NCBI GenBank assembly: GCA_037200905.1 | Contig: JBBCGN010000001.1 | Location: 116,795-180,794, forward strand | Reading direction: 5' to 3' | DNA length: 64,000 bases | Source of the DNA: a bacterium | GTDB taxonomy: Bacteria > Patescibacteriota > Minisyncoccia > Phycocordibacterales > UBA9973 | Program-made: the position numbers and the translations under genes | Notes under the pieces: generated by a model | Told to the model about the DNA's origin: nothing | Databases searched by the model: none | What the model saw: the letters and a program-made list of their open reading frames with translations, nothing else | Shown here: piece by piece, positions 57,201-64,000 of the stretch | Position numbering within the stretch: the first letter of the stretch is position 1 | How the letters are laid out: every line of letters starts with the position of its first letter

Positions 57201-60200
57201 TGTCAGAGCTGTTGGCGCGATAATTTCGCCTGTCGTATCCGCTACGAATGAAACATCGTAGTTCGCTCCCCCATTTCCATCAGAAACTGTTCCCGATGCA
57301 GTAAGAGTTTTGCCGGAACCAGGATTTTTGTCATCATACGTTTCTGCAAATATTGCTGTATCGCCTGGGACAAGAGAACCTACCGTGATAGTACCGACTG
57401 CAATTGCAGAAGTGTTGCCGTCATAAGCTTTGCTGTTTGTGTTTGCAGTTACAGTGATCGATCGCATGGTGATTTCGAGGTTTGCACCAACAAATGAGAG
57501 CGTGTAGCTCGCAGGAAGTACAAGCGTACCCTGTGTGATCGCATATGAGTCTACATTTTCACCTGCAGTACGAACGAGTGAGCCAGTGAAAGCATCGCCT
57601 GTTGCAAGCGCCGGAGTAAATTGATATGTCAGAGCTGGATCATCTTCACCGTATACTTTCGTCTGTGCATCCGCGGTCACCGTGATAATCTTTGCACTGA
57701 TTGCGTCAGAAACATTGCCTGAAGCATCGTTGTAGTTACCAGTCGCATCAGTGAACGTCCACGTATCGTTGTAAGTGCTTGCGGCAGTATGTGTCGTAGT
57801 AGAGAGGTCGAGGCCAGTGAGAACTTCAGCGTTTACGCCCGTTGCAGTACCTGTAGCGGTGTGAGGATTACCATCATAGGTAACATCGTAACCATCAATA
57901 GATATGTCAGCGTCAGCCTTAGCAATGGTAATAGCGACATCGCCAGACTGTGCAGCATAGTTCGGATTAGAGAATATCCAGTGCGCAGTGCCGCCTGGAG
58001 CATTTGTATAGGAAGCGCCGAGAGAAAGTCCGGAAAGCGGGCCTTCAAATGAAGTACAGGTACCGGTCGCGCCATGTACTGCGCCGTCATAGGTGTCAGA
58101 GTATCCATCAATGTCGCAAGTCGCTGTCGCAGCGGTGATGTCTGCACTCGTAGTAGCAGTAGTGTTTGCGAGATCATAATTACCGGCATCTGCACCATCG
58201 ATAGTGATACCATCGACTGCTATTGGCTTGTCTACACCGACAGTTGCGGTATCAAATGCTGACGATGCGTAGTGAGCTACGACATCGTCTGCACCGACTG
58301 CGTCGGTAGTAAGAGTAACTGTTGCATCTGTTGTACCGTCGTATTCCTTATCGATACCTGTCGCAGAGACAGTGAGAGCTTTTTTCGTAATGTCAAAAGT
58401 TTCCGAATCAGTGCTTCCTGCATAATTCCCATTTGCTGCATAGGTCGCAGTAGCGGTAGCCGGGCCGACGATAACGTTGTCTTCGTATGTAACATTTACG
58501 GGTTCATTTAATCCGGGACCGGTGACAGTCGCAGTACAAGGCTCGATTGCTGAACCGGTGTATTCCTTTGTGTCAGGACAAGTGACAGTCGTAACCGTTT
58601 CCGCGGCTGTGATAGCGTCATCAACGGTGCCCGATGCATTGTTATAATTTCCTGTTACATCAGTAAATGTCCATGCATCATCATCGTATGTACCGGCATC
58701 AGTATGTGTAGTGCCTGTGAGTACGAGACCTGCAAGTGTTTCATCGAGTACGCCTTTTGCCGTGCTGGTCGCAGTGTGAGAGTCGCCGTCGAAAGGAACA
58801 GAGTATGCCGTCACCGTGATACTAGGATTTGCCTTGCCGATCACGTCATGCACGCTTCCTGAAGCATCGACATAATTGCCATCTTCATCATGGAAAGTCC
58901 ATGCATCTGTCGGATAATCCGCTGCGTTTGTATGAACTGTTGCAGAGACATCGACATCGGCTGAAAGATCTTCACCGTGCGCGCCAGTGGCGACGACGGT
59001 TGCAGTGTGAGCCGAGCTATCATACGTAACGCTATACGGACTGACAGTGATGTCGGCTGTAGCCGGAGTTACAGAAACTGAACCATCTACATATGTGAAT
59101 GTGTAGTTAGGATCAGCAGCACCAGAACAACTTGAAGTGTTTACAGAACCGACAACTGAAGCAGTCGTTGCTGTCGTGGAACATGTCGGAGCAGTTATAG
59201 GAATTATAGACGGCGCGTATGAAGGCGTGATTGTCGGAACAGTTCCGCCGTATACCATCGTGTCGCTCGAAGCGGTCACCACTACGGAAGCCGGAGTGAT
59301 AGTAAAGTTCGCAGTGTTATAAGTGATGTTGTAGTTCGCAAGAACGCCAGACGGAGAAAGAATTGCGGAAATCGTGTACGTGGCGACAGGTTCCCCTGCT
59401 GTTCTACTATATGTAGCAGTAACGCTGTCAGCCGGCAAGAATCCGGTGAGTGTTCCGGTAAATGCAGGATCAACTGTGCCGAAAACTTTTGTAGAAGCGT
59501 TCGGAGTTACGGAAGCTGTTTTCGTAGCGACTGTGAAAGACTGATCGACAGCTGCTGCAGCGTTGTAGTTTCCATCCCCTGCCTGCGTTGCCTCTATAGT
59601 ACAAAGACCAGCAGCTGCGATGTGAACTGTTGTGTCGGTTACAGTACAGACGCTCGGAGTAGTCGAAGCAAATGCCACGGTCAAACCAGAAGTTGCTGTT
59701 GCAGAAACTGCAAAGTCAGCATCGCCGTAAGTCTTGCCAGCCAAAGCTCCGAAAGAAATTGTTTGAGAAGTTGCTGTAACGGTAAGTTGTCCAGCATTAA
59801 ACGGTGTAAAAAAATAGTTGCTTGCAGAGAGAGTCCCTATCGTACAAGTAATTGCATATGGACTACCAGATACAGGACTTGTAGGCGTAGCAGTTGTAGA
59901 ACATGCGGGAGCGCCTGCTAGTCCAGAGGTTCCAAGATTTTGGCCGTTTACGAATCCAGAAACAGTCGCGTCGAATGCCGGATTTGCAGCGTTGTATGCT
60001 CGGCTCTTATCGTTTGCAGTTATTGCGAGAGGAGCTTTGGTTACGTTAACTGTTCTGGTTTTCTGGGTTGCAACATTACCTGCTGCATCTGTCGCATTGT
60101 AATTGATAGTGTATGCGCCGACGACAGAAGAAGGAGTAACTGTTGATCCACTTACAACTACTGCTCCCTCAGTTGTCGTTGCACCAGCATCAATATATGT

Positions 60201-61661
60201 ACTGCCATAAACAGATGAAGTTGGATTTGAACCTGTGACAGTTATGACAGGAGCAGTTGTATCAATAGTTATTGAAAGATTTCCAGAAGCAGCTGAGACG
60301 TTTCCTGCTGGGTCAGTCTGTTTGGTATTCATAGTTGCATGAATACCTTGAGACAAAGCTGAAGAAGTTATAGTGACAGTTGAAGAAGCGCAGAGGCCTG
60401 TGCCGACAGAAGTAGTGTTATCGAATAAAGTAACTGTGCTTCCTGTGACACAAGAAATTGTAAAAGTAGGAGTCGTATCAGAAGTAATATTGTCGGTAGA
60501 AGATGAACCTAAATCGGTCGCAGCTGTCATGTCCGGAGTTCCAGGAGCAGCGTCAGGTGTTACATCAGCTGTGTAAGAAACCTTTGCCTGAATCTGATCC
60601 ACACGAAACTCATCACCCGCACTGGTAGTTAAAGCAGTTAATCTTATTCTAAAGTTTGCATTTGTAAATTCAGCTGGTGACCATGTTCGTCCCCATATAT
60701 CAGATGTTCCACCGAAAATAACAGTTTTGTCTGCAGCGCCAGTGGTAAATAATGTTCCTGTATTTTTTACCGTTGTCCAATGCACACCATTATCGTATGA
60801 AAGTGAAATGTCTATAGTTCTTGGGTCTGGTCTGTTTCCTTCAAGAGCTACCTGAATACCATTAATAGTAGCTCCTGTAGGAACGCTTAAGCCAAAAGTT
60901 GTGTAATCAATAGAATCGCCTGCACTATTAAAAACTGCATACTGGTCATCAGAAGAAGCTGCATTAGTAGGGGTATCTACATTAGTATTATTTGCTGTAC
61001 CACCTTCTGCACTCCAACCACCGTCGAAGGTAGCAGTAATAGTTTTATCAGACGTAACGTTCGTAAAAGTATATGAATTTACACGTCCTTGAGATGCAGG
61101 AACAGTAACGTCAGAAACTACATATCCAGCAGATGGAACAATAGAAAGGGTTTGATTAGCACCATTAGAAACTGACGGGTTTGCAGGTGTTATCGTTCCT
61201 CCTACGCCAGGAGTAGTAGTAATTGTGTGAGGGGAAGCAACAGTGATAGCATTAGTTAATGTTAGAGTATTGCTATTTGAACTACCATTACAATCATCTG
61301 CCGAGTTCATTATGAAATATGCGTTGTATATTCCTGGTGTAGTTGGGGCTGTGATAGTAAAACTTTCAGTAGTAGAACCAGAGAAAGAGGTATTGTCATC
61401 GGTATTAGCACAAGTCGTTGAACCAGGAGCAGAATTATTAATTCTCCATTTTGTACCTTGCCAATCAGTATTAGAACTCCAACTTCCAGTTACAGCAGCT
61501 GTAATTGAGGCACCAGGTTGTACCGTTACAGTACTTAAACCGTTTAAGGTTGCTGAAGTAACAGTCGTTGCTGCCAACGCTGTTGAAGCATTAGAGAATA
61601 AAAATCCGACCACAAGGAGAACTGGTAATACAAAACGAAAAGCTGATGTAAGTTTCTTCAT
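51272..61661 (-). CDS. Giant secreted surface protein/adhesin (about 3460 aa) with a C-terminal peptidoglycan-binding domain (one frame break in the c6 run at 51663-51668)
   Basis: 3366-aa uninterrupted ORF with a signal peptide (LFSNASTALAATT). It has dozens of Ig-like and MBG-type repeats (xTVTADxKxKxYGxxDPxLTY, YDGxxHxAT), HYR/DUF5011-like modules, an FN3-like module and a DUF4114-like module (NDFNDLVVTVT). Removing one G joins it to ORF 51272..51760, which is PG_binding_1-like (AVAKLQKFLN...GIFDQPTEDALKAFQ). Confidence 0.85.
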
Positions 61662-61940
61662 AACAATAATAATTAAACTTTTAATAATTAAACTGACTTC
61701 GACTTTGTGGCTCTGCCCCTAGTGGTGGATCTGGCCTTTGTTTATTACTTTGAGCCATATAGGCTATATGACCCGACACTACCACACGCGGATATATTGT
61801 CAACATGTTTTGACACAGCAAGTTGATTCCCGCCGCCCGTCAAATTTTGCTTTTTCTCTTTCGCGCTCCGCTCCTCCCGCCCCTGTCGCGCCCTTGCTGT
61901 CTCTTCGCCTCCCTTCATCCCTCCACCATTCCTCTCTCCA

Positions 61941-61960
61941 ATCTACGCCATGGCGTAGAT
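61941..61960. promoter_or_regulatory. 20-bp perfect palindrome ATCTACGCCATGGCGTAGAT, copy 1 (candidate operator overlapping the -35 position)
   Basis: Self-complementary and identical to 62442..62461. It ends 13 nt upstream of the TATACT -10. Confidence 0.6.
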
Positions 61961-61970
61961 TTAAAGAGTA

Positions 61971-61979
61971 TGCTATACT
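61971..61979 (+). promoter_or_regulatory. Extended -10 promoter (TGcTATACT) for the Cas2-like gene, giving a leaderless transcript
   Basis: Same 9-mer as at 21580 and 32175. The -10 ends 9 nt before the ATG at 61989. Confidence 0.5.
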
Positions 61980-61988
61980 CCTCGTAAT

Positions 61989-62387
61989 ATGGCTTCCCCG
62001 AAGAAAAGATTCAGTTACAAAGGAGTCTGGGTAAACATGTTCGGTCTCAACAGCCCCAGGCCTACGGCGCAGCGCCCGGCAAGAAAGCCGGCCCAGATAA
62101 AGCGGCATTATCTCCGCTCTTTCGCCGCCACCGGCAAGCCGGATGCTCCGAGGAACTTGCTTCTCATGTACGACATCCCCCACGCCCGCAAGAAGGACCG
62201 TGACTGGTTCCGCCGCCAGCTCAAAGCTCTCGGCTTCATCATGATCCAGAAAAGCGTCTGGGTCGGCCCCGGCCCCCTGCCTAAGGATTTCCACGACTAC
62301 GTAAAAAGCATCGGCATAGAGAACGAGTTCAAGACCTTCAAGCTGGCCAAGGCCTACCCTTCCAGCACTAGCGGAGCCCGGACCTAG
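61989..62387 (+). CDS. Small Cas2-fold / PaaX-C-like protein with an Arg/Pro-rich N-terminus (orphan)
   Basis: NLLLMYDIPHARKKDRDWFRRQLKALGFIMIQKSVWVGPGP matches the beta-alpha-beta pattern of Cas2/VapD-like domains found in the PaaX-like proteins common in CPR genomes. I see no wHTH. An alternative start is at 62037. Confidence 0.6.
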   Translation: MASPKKRFSYKGVWVNMFGLNSPRPTAQRPARKPAQIKRHYLRSFAATGKPDAPRNLLLMYDIPHARKKDRDWFRRQLKALGFIMIQKSVWVGPGPLPKDFHDYVKSIGIENEFKTFKLAKAYPSSTSGART

Positions 62388-62441
62388 GGCCAGTCCGTAA
62401 TCCCCTTACCCTCTTTTTGGCGCACCTGCTCCAAGCCCTTC

Positions 62442-62461
62442 ATCTACGCCATGGCGTAGAT
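62442..62461. repeat. 20-bp perfect palindrome ATCTACGCCATGGCGTAGAT, copy 2
   Basis: Identical to copy 1. It lies 55 nt after the stop of the Cas2-like gene and has no U-tract. Confidence 0.6.
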
Positions 62462-62542
62462 GAGAATAGAAAGGAAGTGAGTGACAGACAAATAAAGATC
62501 GGCGGGATAAGGAACAGGAAAAAGATAGATAAGGCGCCAGAA

Positions 62543-62574
62543 ACACAAAAGCCCCCGCTCGGGGGCTTTTGTGT
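62543..62574. terminator. Bidirectional terminator hairpin
   Basis: 14-bp stem acacaaaagccccc/gggggcttttgtgt with a gctc loop. Confidence 0.7.
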
Positions 62575-62600
62575 CGGATCGGTATAAATACCTTCCTATC

Positions 62601-64000
62601 TTAGTGAGCGACTTCCGGGTTCTGGCTCCAGTTGATCAAGTCCGCAGGAATCGGGGTGATGGCTGCCGGGCAGATCAGGTTTTTCGCCTTCGCGAGGGTG
62701 GTCTTGTAGAAGATTCCCGTCGGGTTGGTGATGTGCCATGGATCGAGGATGTCAGCGCGGTACTGCAGCTGGAAAGCCTTGACCGCGGCCTCGGTCTTCG
62801 GACCGTAGACGCCGTCGACGACAAGACCGGAGTTCATCAGGCCGTTCAAGATCGCGGACTGCAAGACCTTCACCTGCTCAGGATTGTTCTTCGGGTAAGC
62901 CTTTCTCATGTAGGTGTCGATAGAGAAGTTGCATACATCCTGCGCGCCGAGGACTTCTCCTGCCGGAGGAGTGCTCGAGCTGCCGTGATGGCTTCCGCCG
63001 GAGTGGTGTGATGAGCTACCTGAAGAATCCTTCACGCAGTCTTCGCCGTCCTGGTGATAGCCGGATGGAACCGTAGACTGGTTGCCGTTGATGTTTGGAC
63101 AAACGTCTGTAGGCTGTTCAGGATTCCCCGGGGTAGAGACCGTAACGGTTGCTGAAGCAGAATCATTGCCGTCGTTCGGATCAGAAGGATCCTCTTCGCC
63201 TCCTACCGAAGTAACGGAAGCAGTGTTCGTAATCGTTGATCCTTCCGTGCCAGAGTTTACCGTCGCAACGATCGTGAGCGTAGCGCTTCCATCAATCGCA
63301 AGTGCGCCGACCGTCCATACGCCACCAACGTATGCGCCTTCGCTGTCATCTGATACAAAGGTAAGACCTGCAGGAAGAACATCGGACAAGACTACGTCTG
63401 CAGCAGCCTCAGGGCCGTGGTTCGTAGCGGTCACCGTGTATGTGACAGTCTGTCCGACATCTACCGTAGCATCGTTCACAGTCTTTGCGACTGCGATGTC
63501 TGCGCCCTCCGGATATTCGCATGAACCGTCGTCTTCGTTGGCGAATTCGTCAGGGTTCAAAGCTTCCAGATCAGTACATCCGAGGATAGTGACTGTATTG
63601 TGGAAAGTACAGGAAGTGATGCCATCGGTCGTAATTTCTACGCCGGAGACACCGTTATCTGCTGAAGTACCAGTGCTGTCCTTCTCCGACAGAACAGGTT
63701 GCACCAGTAATTCATAATCGGCATCAACAGGACCGCCGATCTCGGTAACGATGTAAGAACCGTTTTCAAGATCAATTGCCTCAGTCTTGCGGTTTCGTCT
63801 GTTGTATACGGGTTTTCAGTATCGCCATTGATAGCGAACTTCCAGCCTGCAAGCGTGCGCCTGGATTGACTTCCTTGGTAATGGTAAGAGTACCGGCACA
63901 CTGCGCAGTAGCAATGTCAGCCAAATCGGATGCCAATGTGTCGAAATCGGAATCATATGTGGTGCCGCTTGTAGAGATAGCATCCAAGTTGTCGAGATCG
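62601..64000 (-). CDS. Surface protein with a DUF11-type repeat, a prealbumin-like N-terminal part and a C-terminal peptidoglycan-binding domain. It is 5'-partial (runs off the window) with at least 2 frame breaks between about 63700 and 63860
   Basis: The DUF11-like segment is DIAVAKTVNDATVDVGQTVTYTVTATNHGPEAAADVVLSDVLPAGLTF. The C-terminus is HHSGGSHHGSSS...EVLGAQDVC...VKVLQSAILNG...GPKTEAAVKAFQ. The upstream pieces lie in ORFs 63638..63901 and 63781..63987. Confidence 0.7.

Noticed and set aside
61800-62294. 164-aa minus-strand ORF spanning the polypyrimidine tract and the Cas2-like gene.
   Set aside because: It is antisense to the better-supported plus-strand gene, and its remaining part is the translation of a purine-rich tract (WREEWWRDEGRRRD...). 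There is no promoter or start context.
61989-62387. The Cas2-like protein as evidence for a CRISPR-Cas system.
   Set aside because: There is no cas1, effector gene or repeat-spacer array nearby. The fold-level resemblance is shared with the PaaX-C/VapD-like proteins common in these genomes.
1-64000. Search for CRISPR arrays, rRNA genes, transposases, integrases or phage structural genes.
   Set aside because: I saw no regularly spaced direct repeats, no rRNA-like conserved blocks and no DDE, tyrosine or serine recombinase motifs in any ORF. The only tRNA is tRNA-Lys at 29179..29251.

Overview
This 64-kb chromosomal window looks like a small-genome, monoderm, CPR/Patescibacteria-like bacterium. 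That assignment is an inference from gene content and style: leaderless genes behind extended -10 promoters, a PrgI/VirB4-type T4SS-like operon, GH130 enzymes, giant wall-anchored surface proteins and a Cas2/PaaX-like mini protein. The window spans the replication origin. rpmH-rnpA-yidD-yidC-jag lie on the minus strand and dnaA-dnaN on the plus strand, with TTATCAACA DnaA boxes between them. Left of the origin is a 9.5-kb plus-strand T4SS-like operon with VirB3/PrgI-like and VirB4 genes, two VirB2/TrbC-like paralogs (one fused to NlpC/P60) and a beta-propeller protein. The middle carries an unusual concentration of repair and recombination genes (ruvC, yebC, ruvB, polA, holA, uvrB, uvrA, uvrC, mutM, ruvA). 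AT-rich islets interrupt them, carrying a class II Fic protein and small membrane ORFs. The right part has rpsT, an ABC-F ATPase, hpf, three GH130 domains, cell-wall enzymes and a roughly 3460-aa adhesin. Next to the adhesin are a palindrome-flanked Cas2-like gene and a second wall-anchored surface protein. The most interesting observations are: (1) a 102-bp in-frame palindromic insertion inside uvrB; (2) a promoter-to-terminator structured ncRNA candidate next to fic; (3) the Cas2-like gene flanked by identical 20-bp palindromes; (4) several long-range perfect inverted repeats in intergenic regions; (5) about 40 frame disruptions, nearly all at short homopolymers and very unevenly distributed, which are probably assembly errors. 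I recognised no rRNA, CRISPR array, transposase or integrase.
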